Below, piece after piece: positions 1 to 13,369 of a stretch of 64,000 nt of DNA. Made by a program: the position numbers and the translations under genes. The notes under the pieces were generated by a model that saw nothing but the letters and a program-made list of their open reading frames with translations, ran no database searches and was not told where the DNA came from. Position 1 is the stretch's first letter. Each line of letters starts with the position of its first letter. The stretch is taken from assembly GCA_050084985.1 (NCBI GenBank), contig JBITNC010000001.1:93434001-93498000 (forward strand), in the 5' to 3' direction. The DNA is from Nageia nagi (lineage: Eukaryota > Plantae > Pinophyta).

Positions 1-1995
1 ATGGGGTAGCATAATAAGTGATGGGAAATGTGTACCTTTTCTTAGATATATGGGCCCTAAGAAGAACCCAAAGTTCATGAGTGATATAAGGTGGTTTATA
101 CATGGGATATGTATGAACTTTGAGTGCTAAGTACTTTAAACATGAAAAATATTTAGAATTACTAGCTATCACATGACTTGGATGTTTATGGGAATTGATC
201 ATTCTCATCCACTTGGGGGGTCATTGGTCATGACTAATTTAAACTCCAAATGTGGGATTTTTTCCTTAACCTATATTACAAATTTAAAGGTATGATTAGG
301 ACAGGGTTAGTAGAACATCACCTTTACCTTGAATTATGATTGATTATGGAATTATGATTACAGAATTTTGTATTGAGGATTTTTATTAAAATCTAATTTG
401 TTTGTAATGTGTATTCATCTTGTTTGATGCTCTTAATCTTGTTAAGACTTCTTTGGATGTTTCTAAAGACCAATAATGCATTTTTTTGAAATTGAAATTT
501 TTTTTATTGTTATGTTAATGAAATTTATTTTCGATCTAGTATTCTTTGCTTGATAATTTTTATTATCATAGTTAATGAACATAACTAAGGATAAGCCAAT
601 GATCAGTGGGTAGACTATATCATTTGAAATTTATTAGGGTGAAAAAAATGACCTTGATTAAACAATGTTTTTCCATTAGACAAGATAACTTGAGATATTT
701 TTAGTTGATTGGCCATGAGCGAGAAACATTTCATGAGGAAGGTAAAATTTTTACTTGATAAAAGACCCTAAAAGGAACTTTTTGAAGATCACAGGTCAAA
801 ATTCTTGCTTTGTGGAGAATGCCACTAATTATTTGGAAACTTGGGAAGGAATTTTGCATCATTTTTAGTGAAATTTTGCATACATTATTGATGTGAAGAT
901 AAGATACAACACCAAGAAAAAAGAATTTTTTCATTTTTCCTTTGTGATTTTGAAATTAAGGAGAAATATTATGAAGATGATTACTATGAAAATGCAAAAT
1001 TTTGAGTATAGAAAATTTATTATTTAAGCATGCTTCATTTATCTTGAAAATGTTAGAGACGTACTAATTTTAGTTTATAAAAATGCATAATATGTGAACT
1101 AGCATTTGCCAATTTGTTATCAAGGGAAATAGGTTGATAATTTGTTGAAATAGCAAATATCATAGACCATGAAGGTTAAAAGAATTTTTCTAACCTACAA
1201 TTTAATTCTCGTAGAGTTTGAAGATAAAATTTAAATTGACCTATATGCATATGTTATAGATATGTGAAAGTGATCTTTATAGTTTCATAAGATGTGGGAG
1301 ACATCATAGAATGAGAAAAGGGTTCTTCATCAAATTATTGATAAAATTATTTATCATACTTCATTTGAGAAATCAAAGAGTATATTGTATTGGAATATGA
1401 TTTATGTACTCACTTTGGAAGTAGAATTGTTTGAGTGTTTGTGCTTTTAGATGCTCTCAAACCATTGAGAACAAACATCAAATTCAAATAAGTAGATGGG
1501 AAGTGATTGAATCGACAACCCATGAGGGAAACTATGCATTTAGATATCATTTTGATGATTATTTTCTTATTGGGTGAGGATGTTACCTTAGGGTAAAAGA
1601 GCCCCATACCCTTGTGTTGCATTAGAAAATTGTTTATTTGTACAAAGTGTGTTTAGTATGAATTTTATTTCTTATATTGTATTGCATAATTATTTATGTG
1701 ATTGAGCTATGATGGAGTAGCCTAGTTCAATAGATTTATAACTACATGATAGAGCGATGATGGGGTAGCCTATCTTAGTAATCGTATTTGTTTGCAGGAG
1801 AAAAAGAAAAATATTTTTGTGTGACATATGTTTGTTAGAACTTGATTTTGTCCAACACTTGGTTATATTATTCTTTACAATAATTTGATTGTATGTGTAC
1901 TTGAATTCTATTTTGTTATGAAAAGAGTACACTCCCTTATTGATTGGAATAAATTAGAAACGTAGAGGAATGTGTTAATTCTAAGAGGGGGAGAA

Positions 1996-4900
1996 TGTAT
2001 TGATCCTATTTTAAGACCCCTTTCCTCTTGCATGTTCATTAGTATTTTTCAACTATGCATCTTCAACTAAGGAGATTAGGTTGGTCAATTTCTTGCAAGT
2101 AATAAAATAAAATGATTAGAAAGCACATTTGTTGAAAATATTTGGTTATTTTATCTTTAAACTTAAAATAATGTTGATAACATTAATACCATGTGGTATT
2201 TAGATTTTATTAAATGGTTTCTATGGTAATGATTTGATTTTATAAGAAAATGAAAAGTTAGTAATATTGTTCTAAATATTTGCATAATAAATAATAATAG
2301 GAATATGCTAAATTTCTATTATTATTGCCAATATTATTTAATAAATAATTATGTAAATAAGTATTTGTATTATTTTAATAATAATGCATAGTATCTATTA
2401 ATAAAGTGATATCAATATATTAGGTATCTACAATGTATTTTAATTCTTAATATTTGAAAATAGAAAAATGTAGATTTTTAAAATATAGATTTTTACTATT
2501 GAATTTTAGAAGGAAAATTAATGAAAGTTTTCACATAGAAGAAGTTTGCAAGAGGAAGTTTTGCAACAAAATAACCTCCCATGGATGTTTGTAACCCATT
2601 TGCCTTCACTTTCCACTCCATAAATACAACTCTTCTATGTTGGAGAAGGGTTTCTGGTTGGTGACTTTGGAAGGAGTTGTTGGATTTGGAAGTATCATAA
2701 GGATTTAAGCAAGGGTTTTGAAGGAACAATCCAAACACAAAAATAACTAGGTTCCTTTGTGCATAATTTGTTAAAATGGAATGATTCTTATTTTGAATGT
2801 ATACTCAGAAAAGATGTTAAATTAAGAAGAGTTATAGTTTTAAATATCTAAGTAAGAAATTACATTTTAGAGTTTTAAGATATTGATGCAAATCAAATAA
2901 GAAGAAAAATCCATCTTTGATTTAAGAAGATATTAAGATGGAAAGTTTTATATATATATATGTAATCCAAGAAAATTAATATTATGAATTTTGCAAAACT
3001 TGTGTTTGATTTAATATAAACCCTTATATTTTTATAAACATTGAGTTTGATTATTTGTTGAATTCAAACTATAACATTAATATGAAGATTAATGTTTAAA
3101 AAAATATATATAATATTTAAAATACTTAAATTTTATAATGTAAATTATGATTGAAAACGTTTATATAATGAATTTTTCTATTTAAAATTATACATAGAAA
3201 TTAAATATTTATTATTTAAATGAAATTTAAATAATAATATCTAATCAAGAAAGTAATTAGCATTTAAATTAAATGTTAATGATATTATATTTAAAATGGT
3301 AATTAAATTGTTTATATATATAAATATTACCATTTAGTACAATAAGAATAAAAAAATATAGTTTTATTCTTGTTTGGAGAAAGTTAAATAATAGAATTTA
3401 ACTAGAATAGTTTAAGATTCAATGAGAAGTGAGATATCATTTGATAAAAGAGTTATAATTTTTCTTTGTTCTATTTAAAGATATGATTTTTAGAATCATA
3501 TTAATTAATTATTGATTTAAATTTTTTATTATTATGAGAGTTAGTCATAATAATAACTTTGTTAATAATATAAACTATTATATTATTGTTAATTAAATAA
3601 TATCTTTATTAATATGAATGTAGTCATATTAATAACTTCATAAATATAAATTGTTTGATTAAATTAATTAAAAAATATGGTATTTAATATATAATATAGT
3701 TAAGCAATATTTATTAATATGAATGTTAGTCATATTAATAATTTTGTCAAATATGAATTGCTTAACTAAATTAATTTTAAAATTTATTGACTTTGGATGG
3801 TAATTTTTATAATTTGTTCCTTTAGGGAAAACACATAAAAATTACAAATGTGTAACAAAAATTATATTGTTGGCATGTTAAGGAAGTAATGATATTACTT
3901 GAGAAATGATAAAGCATTCTTGTTCAAATGGTTTGTTGAATAAGGTGTGTATAAGCATTTGGATTCACTTTATAAAAAGGAATAAGGCTTCTAGAAGTGT
4001 GAATTTATGCATACTAGTACTTTAAAAATAAAAATGTTATCTTTGATCCATAAGATAATATGTTAATGATGATGGGTAGTTAATTATCAAGAATATGATA
4101 TATGTTTGTTATGAGAGTGAGGATCTTAGTTGTTAAATTTTTTTACTTTATTAAATGTGAATACATTCTTGTACGATTAGGTACAAAGAATGTTATTGTC
4201 AATTATTATGAATATATTGTTATACGAGTAGGTATCAAGAATGTTATTAAATATTGAAACTTCGGAATGAGATATCTTTGTTAATATAAGGATGTATGCT
4301 AAGAGAAGATAGATACAAGATTTGTGATCAATATATTAAATTTATCAACATTACTACTGATTAAGGTTAATTTTGTGCATGGAATTGGTCATTTTGTTTA
4401 TGAAGTTGAAGTACAATATGTAGTGTGAACTAGGAGATATTGAAGTCATACGATGAAGAGTTCATGAGTTAGAATGATAATTTTTAGTTATATATATAAT
4501 GTGGATTAAAAAGCAAAGGTAATCCATATAAATGATTATATATATTATTTATTGAGTATTTATTATGATGCTTTCTATTATAAATATCATAAAAAGGAGT
4601 ATCCTAATCAATAATGAAGACTATATTCACATAGAGTAGTATGTTGAAGGTGTATGTTTTAAATCAAAGGAATGTATTTTAGGTGTTATGAATGGCTTAT
4701 TGAATCAAAAGCATTCTTAAATAGGTTGGTTTAAGAGTGGCTTGTTAAGAAAGGATGAGGAGTATTCATTGGCATAGTGTAGTATGCTAATGAAATAAGG
4801 TCTGAGTATTAACTAATGAATATTGATTTAGAGTGTCTTGTTAAGAAATGATGAGGAGTACTCATTGGCATAGGGTAGTATGCTAATGAAATAAGGTATA

Positions 4901-5710
4901 AGTATTAACTAATTATTATTGAATTTATGAATAGGATTTGGCTATAGAACTTGAATTTAGGAATTAAGATTTATATGATTCTTATTTTATGCTTAATCTT
5001 GTGTATGACACTTGATTGTATTTATCATATTATTTTATATATGTGAATAAGGAGGCATTGTAAGATGATAATTTCACAAATTAATTATAATTATTTCATT
5101 GTTGGTAATATAAATTGTTTGATGCATAACTGATAAGTGTGCATTATAGGATGGATGAGTGTTAAGAGTGCATCAAATTTGAAGTGTATATAATACAAAG
5201 TGTGGTTAATATGATTGTTGAAATTTGTTTCACACATGTATTGTTTGAAAATAATTCATAAGTTTTAATTAGTTATGCATCTCATTAAAAGAGTTGGTTT
5301 TGATCCCTAAATGTTTCTTACCTTGGATGCAGTTAGTAGTTTGAGACTGGTATGAGGAATATTGAAGACATAAGATGACTTGGTTATAAAAGTGTATTCT
5401 ATGTAAAGTGAAAATATATGTTTTTACATATTGAGTTATAATTTTGTATCTTATGATTTGAATATTTATCAAACCTTGTCTAAGAAAGTACATGTTTACC
5501 TCCTTGATTAATTATGTTTAACATTTATCTTCAAAGATGATTTATTTTTGTATTTATATAAATGTTAAACATCCAAAAATGTCAAGTTTCACACTTGAAT
5601 TATATTTAAATGAAATTATTAAGCTTTTATTGTTTGAGTTGAAAACATATAGTAAAAAAAAATGCTGTGAAATTTTGAGTCTATATTATGATAGAAAGTA
5701 GGACATTTCA
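1996..5710 (+). repeat. Putative 3' LTR (~3.7 kb)
   Basis: Starts TGTATTGATCCTATTTT right after the PPT and ends AAAGTAGGACATTTCA. These form TG...CA ends with an imperfect terminal inverted repeat. Unrelated minus-strand pol sequence begins immediately after 5710. Confidence 0.6.
4730..4912. repeat. ~96-bp direct tandem duplication inside the LTR
   Basis: cttgttaagaaa(g/t)gatgaggagta(t/c)tcattggcatag...tatgctaatgaaataaggt...agtattaactaat occurs at ~4741 and ~4837. Confidence 0.85.
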
Positions 5711-6900
5711 CTAAACCTTCTCTATGTATACATACCTAAGCTTGTAATCAACCAACATATGACTAAGGTAATAAATGGCCTAATCCTTAGCTTGCTCATT
5801 ATTTTGAGCTAGTATGACTCTTAGAGTTAAGTCAATAATTGAAAGATATAAGTGAAAGGAGACATTATCCTTTGGAGGAATAAGCATCCATTATCTTAAT
5901 GTCATCAAAGGCTCATTGACATGCCTCACTCCATTCAAAATGGAAACCTTTCTTAAGGAGTTCATTAAATGGTCAACACTTATTGAATAATTGATCTATA
6001 TCCTTTTGATAGCCTATATATTCCTTTTAAGGCTTCATAAATACTTGACATCATGAGGTGAGGGCATGCTAGTGATAGAAATTACTTTCTTAGGGTCGAT
6101 ATATATACCTCTATTAGACATAATGAATCTTAAAAGATTTATTGATGTAACACCAAATACACACTTCTTTGGATTTAACCTGACATTATGCTTGATCAAT
6201 CACTCAAAGAACTTCTCTAAGACTTTACAATATTGATCTCTAGTTATAGACTTGTCCAATAAGTCATTTACATAGTCCACAATATCATGCATGATGTTGT
6301 GAAAAATATAGACTATGGGATATTGATAAGTGGTACTAACATTATTTAGTATGAAAGGAATGAATTTATAATAGAAGATCCCCCATAGTGTAGTAAATGC
6401 AATCTTGTGTTGATCTTGAGGAGCAATGTAAATCTAATTGTAACCCAAAAATTCATACATGAGAGATAACATTTCATATCCTTCCATGTTCTCAATTGAG
6501 GTGTCAATATTACATAAGGGAAAATCATCCTTGGGATATGTTGCATTGAGATCTCTAAAATCAATGCATATTCTGATATAACCCTTAGGTTTATTGATAG
6601 GGACCATGTTAGAAACCTATTGCAGGAAATATATAGGATAAATGAACTTGTAATCTAACAAATTTTGAATCTCTTCTTTAATCTATAATGACTGATATGG
6701 GTTGACATTATGGGGCTTTTGTTTAACTAGATTTGAATTAGTATGAGTGATAATATTATAGATGATGATATTTAGATCCATTCTAGGCATATCCTAATAT
6801 ATAAAGGTAAAGATCTTGGCACAAATCATAATTATTGTTATGGATTTAAATATCTTTGAATCATCTAATACATCCCCTAGATAAACTATTGTGGGGTATT
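5711..6900 (-). pseudogene. Reverse transcriptase + RNase H/tether remnant (Tat-like pol)
   Basis: Minus-strand translations give GYN*IYIAPQDQHKIAFTTLWG, DYVNDLL (YxDD box decayed), KHNVRLNPKKCVFGVTS and AIYYLSHMLVDYKLRY. There are many stops and frameshifts. Confidence 0.85.
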
Positions 6901-7939
6901 TTAGATTATCATTGATATCAACCCCAACTTACTTACCTATGTGTATATGAGATCCCTCCTCTAACTACTTGAAATTGAGAAGGTAAGCATAATCATCCTT
7001 GCCCATATTGTTAATGAAAGAAGCCAAAATTGATGCATCAGCTTCATCAAGGCAATCATAAGGAAATGATGCATCACCCAAGATAAAAGGACTTGATAAA
7101 GAAGAAGATATATCCGTTAGATATAGGAATAATAGAATTTTATGAATTAAAATCCATAAGAGGGATAAAAGGAGATGAACCATCAAGAAAAACCATATAA
7201 ACATCAAAGGTAAGGTCACATGAAGGATCATGAAAGAAATTATTTGGTATGGAACACTCAAAAGCATGAGGATTAGATGGCCCAAAATATAGATCGAGAT
7301 CATGCTCATTATTGTGATGCACCTCCTCCTCTAGAAGATTGAGATGTGCAAGTTGTGATTCTAAAGGTTTAAGTTTAGGGAAATCAAACCCTAGATTGAA
7401 TTTATCTCAATCAGTTTGAAAAGAAAAGGTAAAAGCATGAACCTACCCTTGCTCAAATTTTCCTAGGCCATATCCTTACCATTTCTATTTAGCAAAGAAT
7501 CTACGCACTAGATTAGGATACAATAAAAATTTAATTTTTACATAAAAATTTTCCTTAAGATGATGATTAAGGGGAATTTCCTTGGGTAAATTAGTACTTG
7601 TGTAGGCAAAGAAAGATTGGTTTGGATAATAGCCTAGTGGGATGACTAAGCCTAAGAAAAATGGGGATTCTTGTGATATCCCCAAATCTATTATAGAAGG
7701 AATATTAACAACATTATTTATATGATACTCCCCCTTTCCAATATAGGGTTATGAGTAAGGAATTTTAACAAATTGAAATAAATAAAAGAGTATTGAATTG
7801 ATTTTGAAATTTTGGCAATTTAGTCCCAAAATATTGTAGAAGTAATGGCGATATTCTAAATTTTTAAGAACTATGATGTAAAAATTGGTAATATTATTAA
7901 TAAATATATTGTAAAAGGAGAAGATGAACACATTTAACT

Positions 7940-8257
7940 TGTGACTAAATATGCTCAACTTGTTATTGAAGATGCATGACTTGTTATTGAATATAATCAA
8001 CTTATTATTGAAAATGCTCAACTTGTGATAGAAGATGCTTGACTTATGATAGAAGATGCTTGACTCATGATAGAAGATGCTAGACTTTATGATAGAAGAT
8101 GCTTGAATTATGATAGAATATGCTTGAATTATGATAGAAGATGCTCAAATTGTGATAGAATATGCTTTTCTTATGATAGAAGATGCTCAACTTATGATAG
8201 AAGACACTCAACTTGTGATAGAATATGCTTGACTTGTGATAGAAGATGCTCAACTTC
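7940..8257. repeat. 21-bp minisatellite, ~15 copies, consensus gatagaagatgctcaactt(g/a)t
   Basis: Head-to-tail 21-bp periodicity is directly visible and explains the 7-aa YDRRCxx periodic ORFs. Confidence 0.95.
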
Positions 8258-8261
8258 TTTT

Positions 8262-9230
8262 TGAATATGAGTATCTTGTTGCATAAGATGAGCATTTTCT
8301 TACATAAGACATATCTTATTACATAATATGAATGTCTTATCAAAGAATATGGGCAACCTATAACTTCAAGAATGTATTAAACCTATTTTTAGTAAGTTAG
8401 ACAAAATTTGATCTTTAAATGATGAAATAACATTACCATTGAAAAGATCTCATTGAGTACATGCAAAACAAATGTCACATGATCCCCTTTTGATCAGAAT
8501 TAAGATCTAGAAGATGCTTAACATGTTGCCTCTCAAGATGCTCATCTACATTGATAATGCATATGAGTGACTACATTGTTAATGTAGATGAGCATCTTGA
8601 GAGGAAATATGTTGAGCATATTTTAGAGCTCAATTTTGATCCAAAGGGGATTGTATGAACACTCATTTTGCATGTACTCAATGATATCTATCTAGTGGTG
8701 AAGTTATTTCATTATTTAGAGATCAAATTTTGTCTAAATTACTAAAAATAGGTTTAATACATTCTTGAAGTTATAGGTTGCTTAAACTATTTTTAGAAAT
8801 TTAGACCAAATATGATCTCTAAATGATGTAATAACTTCACCATTAGATAGATCAAGTACATACAAAATGAGTGATCATGTGACAACCTTTGGATCAAAAT
8901 TGAGCTCTAGAAGATGCTCAACATATTGCCTCTCAAGATGCTTATTTATGCATATGAGCATCTTGAGAGGCAATATGTTGAGCATCTTCTAGAGCTCAAT
9001 TTTGGTCCAAGGGGGTTTGTGTGATCACTCATTTTGCATGTACTTGATGATACCTATCCAATGGTAAAGTTATTATTTCATTTAGAGATCATATTTGGTC
9101 TCAATTATTAAAAATAGTTTTAGTACATTCTTAAAGTTATAGGTTGCTCATCTTCTCTGATAAGATACTCATCTTATGCAATAAGATGCTCATATTATAT
9201 AACAATATGCTTTTCCTCTCCCATTATATG
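8262..9230. repeat. Double inverted repeat: four ~160-200-bp arms arranged forward/reverse/forward/reverse
   Basis: Arm 1 is 8353-8552 (gcaacctataacttcaagaatg...gatgctcatctacatt). Arm 2 is 8581-8781, its reverse complement. Arm 3 is 8784-8945 and arm 4 is 8954-9147. The outer flanks 8262-8352 and 9148-9230 are also inverted. Confidence 0.92.
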
Positions 9231-9988
9231 CTTATCTTCTCTAATTAGATGTTCATCTTATCCAACAAGATGCTCATCTTCTCTAACAATATTTTCATCT
9301 TATCCTCTTACAAGATAGTATTTTTCTCTTTTAGATCCATATTCTTTTCATTGTAGCAGTTGAGTTTAATAGGAAATTCACTTAGAAAAACTAAAAATAT
9401 TTATAAAATATAGGCAATAAGATATGAAATAGATAAGGGTATATTTATCTAATTTATATGAAAACTACTTTGAAGTTATAAAATTTGGGCTAGCCAACCA
9501 AGAAAAAAATAAACCTAGCAAAATTAGGCTACCTAGGCCCATGCCGATAGGCCTAAAAATAGCAAATTAAAAAGTTAAAATCATGATTTTACAATAAATC
9601 ACCACTATGAATTTCCCTATTACAATACATTCATACTTAATGACATCCAAAGGTGGTGAAACAACATGATTGACAAGTTGTTGGTTGAGAGGATTGGGAC
9701 TAATTTGAGAGAAAGAGGGATCATCTTCCTAAAGTGGATCATATGCAAGATAAAAGGAAGATAAATGAAAATTATTAGGTGGAGGAACTTTATGATAATA
9801 TGGGTGGTCATTCCCATATATGGGCACAAACGAGGTTTGATGGATGGAAGAAGCATTTTTAGGGTCCTCAGGAGACTTACCATCATGACATATAAAGGGA
9901 GCCACATTGAATATGAGGAAGATGGATATGAAGCATAAGCTTATTCAACTAGTGAAAGAGTCAAAGATGGGGGTTCTTGTGAACTTGA

Positions 9989-10520
9989 TTATTGTGGATT
10001 AGGATCCTCATTCACAAGAATGATTACTAGAAAAAGATATACATTTTGCATACGATGTGACTTAGGCAAGAAACAAGAGTTGTAGTGACTAAAGGGGTTA
10101 GGGTCACCTATTATGCAATGCACCATTCCATTATGTAGATATTTCAAGCATTTATGCAAAGTAAAAGGAATTGACTCCATGTCCTTAATCCATGATTGAC
10201 CCAAGAGCAAGTTGTACTTCATCTCACCCTCAACCATATGATAAGTATATGAAATCTCTCTAACTCCAACCTTGACTTGAAGTATTACTAGACCCATCAA
10301 TATTACCAAGGTGTTGTTCAAGTCCCTAATGGTGAGAGTGGGAGCATTTAGAAATTGAATAGGAACCTTAAGCCTTTCAAGTATTAGTGAAGATATGATA
10401 TTATTCAACATCCATTTTTTACTAGCACTCTCTTTGAAGGATGATAATCCACATAAAATGCAATGTATAAAGTATTATTCCTAGGCTTATCTCATGGAGG
10501 ATGTAGAATCTCATCCTCAT
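9989..10520 (-). pseudogene. Retropepsin-like aspartic protease remnant (Tat-like)
   Basis: ORF 9989-10411 contains YNLLLGQSWIKDMESIPFTLHKCLKY, matching the Tat/Ogre protease-end motif YNLLLGRPWIH...PST.HQ.LKF. Confidence 0.8.
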
Positions 10521-10899
10521 AAAAGGTAATTCCTGGTCTAGTCGCACTCAACACAACCTCAATAAAAGTTTTAAAAGAATTTTGGTTATAATCATCTAAC
10601 TCTATTACCTTTAATATATTATTCAAGGAATTCCTTTTTTCTTGAGATTATTGTAGTAAATACCATGGGGAAAGGTTTATTTTTATGATACTAAGTTTTT
10701 CCAACTATATTTGAATAGTCACTAGTAGCCATGGAGGCTGAGTCTATATCTATACTCTAGATTGAGGTAAAGGTTGTTAAATTCTTGCCTCCCTAAGAGG
10801 GGGAGGAGATGCTTTATCATTACCTCTACCTCTTCTAGTTATCACATTAACCATGTTGATGTCATGAACTTATACAATCTAATATGTTGGTGGTGCTTC

Positions 10900-12200
10900 T
10901 ATGACTCCCATAAACTCATAGTCTGGTGTGATATCAATGCTTCCTACAAATGGAAAATTTGACTCTATTACTAAATCCCATAAACTCATCTAATTTCCCT
11001 AGGTTATAGTCATGGATAACTTTTTGTGTATCCTCTAATGATATATGGATGATATTATTATTATGCCTAGGTAATGGATCTTCGAAAAACTCAAAATTTC
11101 TATTACGTTGGGCCCTTGGGTTTCCCGTGGAGACATGTCTATTATCTATCAACCTTTGGATAATGTTCCTCAAATGATTATATTTGTTTGTCTCATAGCC
11201 TTTCTATTGATGGTAAATTCAATACTCATTATCCTTATATCATGTTGGTTTCTCCTAATTAGGATCCTCTTATTTAATTTCAAGAAGATTGACCAACTGT
11301 GCATCTAGGAGCTTTTTCAAAACATCCTCAACAACTTTGGCTAAAGGTGTCCAAGGTTTACATGGCCCTTATTGTTTAGGTTGCCTAGGTCTATAATTGT
11401 CCTACTAGTTACCTTGATCATTATTCTACCTGGGTATTTCTTATGCATGCAGTTTCAAAGGAGGATTATCCTTGGGTGGTCATGATGGAGCCAACTGAAT
11501 AACTAGTTGCATCTAATGAATATCCAATGATACTTGATTACTTTGATATTTTTTATATGAAGTACTAGGATTATTATCATTGTTGTGGTAATTTAGATTG
11601 TTATTTTCCTTCTTCCTCAATTTTATCTCACCATCCTGAATCTTAGCTTCTTCTATCAACTTAGTCTAAGATAAAGCATCCTCAAAAGTGTAATGTTGCT
11701 AAATTTTAAGCATACAAGAAATAGGTTTATTATAACTCCTAGAGAATAGTTTGACCAACTATTCTTGAAGGAGTGTACATGACATATCTATGACAATGAC
11801 CCTCCATTTACACATGTAATTTGAAATGGAATCATCATCAAACTATGATAATTTTCCCAAATCTGTGATAGATGCCCTCTTGTAGACATTAATGGAAAAG
11901 TGATCAAGGAACTTATCTGCTAATTTCTCTAAGGAATAGATAGTATGTTGTGTAATATTATTATTGTACCAATAACTACTAATAATATAGCAAGAGTACT
12001 TGAATTGTTTGATATACACTCTAGGATCTTTCATCCCTTTTAATTTATTTATTTTAGGGAGTTCAAACTTGTAAGGGAATATCTTTGTGGGTACACTTAG
12101 ATGAATAGGCTCATTACAAATTGAAATGTATGATAGTATTGCCTTCCCATGATCATTGATCCTAAGTTCCATATTATTCAACCTATTTAATATTTCATCA
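10900..12200 (-). pseudogene. gag remnant (Tat-like)
   Basis: ORF 11843-12181 reads FPYKFELPKINKLKGMKDPRVYIKQF...LADKFLDHFS. ORF 10934-11173 reads IIQRLIDN...FFEDPLPRH, typical of the gag C-terminal region. Confidence 0.8.
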
Positions 12201-12942
12201 TTGATATTTGGAGGTTATATGCTAACAATGGCATGTTGCTTTATAACTTGATTAATGGGTTGATCATCATACTCCACATACTAGTCATCATAATAAGGAT
12301 CTTGATCCTACAAGTATGAATGATCATGTTGTTGTGTGTCAAAGGTTACCTTAGGTGCAAGGTTTGTGGGATTTCAAATTAAAACCCCTCTAATATGTGG
12401 ATCTTGCAAGCCATGGTGATTTGAAAATTTAGACTATCTAAGTGAAAAGGATTGAATGTTGAGAAAACATACATTGTACCCAGGAACACAATGAGGTATA
12501 AGGGATTTAGGATGAGTATATGTATGATGAAGATATACAAATTATTGTACATATACTTATCATGAAGCACCACTACATGAGAGGAAGAAGAATGATGTGG
12601 TTGTAATGGTGGATAAGTTGGGTATGAGTAAGACCCATGCCCTACATGGAATCTAAGTTGAACCTCAGGCTATGTATGGGACATAGGGACATGAGATATA
12701 GTTAGGATCAATAGGGTGTGAAGGCTCATAATAATGCACAATAATAGGTTGACAAGATGCCTTGGGTTGGTGTGTATAATATGGATAATCATTATAGTAT
12801 CCAACCCAATCATTACGTAGAGATGGTGGTTTCTAATAGAATATCAACACACACAAATCGATACTGATAGGTGGTAGAGGTGGAGGTCTAGGAATACCAC
12901 CTAGAGGAGGACCTGAAGGACCCTAGGATGACCTAAACATGA

Positions 12943-13356
12943 TGTTAGGAACCTAATATAATAAAAGGGGATTTTACCCCAAATATTGTAGGAAATATTG
13001 AAATACAAAATAACCATAAACTCATAATTCATCAAGTAAAGTAAATGAAATGAGATACTCATATTAACCAAAGATAATAGAACAAAATAACTTTATTGAA
13101 TAAAAATATGAATCATAGTACACTTTAAGGGGGATTACTCCTTACAACTCAAAAGAAAAAATTATTTTCCAAGATGTTCTCTTTACCCCTCTTATAGGTA
13201 TTTATAGTGTTCCTACTGTAATTGGTAGTTCACATTCAAAAGGGTGCTTCATCTTACAAAATATGATAGTTCATATTATAAGCCAACATAATAAAATAAT
13301 TAAATTAACTATAGCTAAATAAACCTAAGTAAATATTAGGATGTGGGAACCTAGCA
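12943..13356 (-). repeat. 3' LTR of Reina-like element
   Basis: TGTTAGGAACC...GGAACCTAGCA aligns end to end with 18382-18796. It is followed by acccctctt, the PPT on the minus strand. Confidence 0.95.
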
Positions 13357-13369
13357 TGTCACCCCTCTT

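Larger units (their letters stand above)
1..5710 (+). mobile_element. 3' part of a heavily decayed Ty3/gypsy LTR retrotransposon (pol remnant + PPT + 3' LTR)
   Basis: Faint integrase-like relics, e.g. tgggtgaggatgttacct = WVRMLP at ~1571 (cf. W-x-x-WLP). The purine tract aagagggggagaa (1983-1995) is directly followed by TG at 1996. Confidence 0.55.
7744..9619. mobile_element. Non-autonomous hAT-like DNA transposon with internal minisatellite and double foldback
   Basis: Termini are TAGGG...CCCTA. The flanks are ttccaata (7736-7743) and ttacaata (9620-9627), a 7/8 match consistent with an 8-bp TSD. It interrupts the Tat pol linker and has no coding capacity. Confidence 0.7.

Noticed and set aside
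731-5493. Short 60-80-aa ORFs as host genes
   Set aside because: They show no recognisable domains or splice structure and lie antisense within decayed pol or LTR sequence.
7940-8343. CRISPR-like array or Cys-rich repeat protein (ORFs 8067-8264 and 8080-8343)
   Set aside because: The units are contiguous with no unique spacers and there are no cas genes. The ORFs are by-products of a 21-bp period inside a non-coding transposon.
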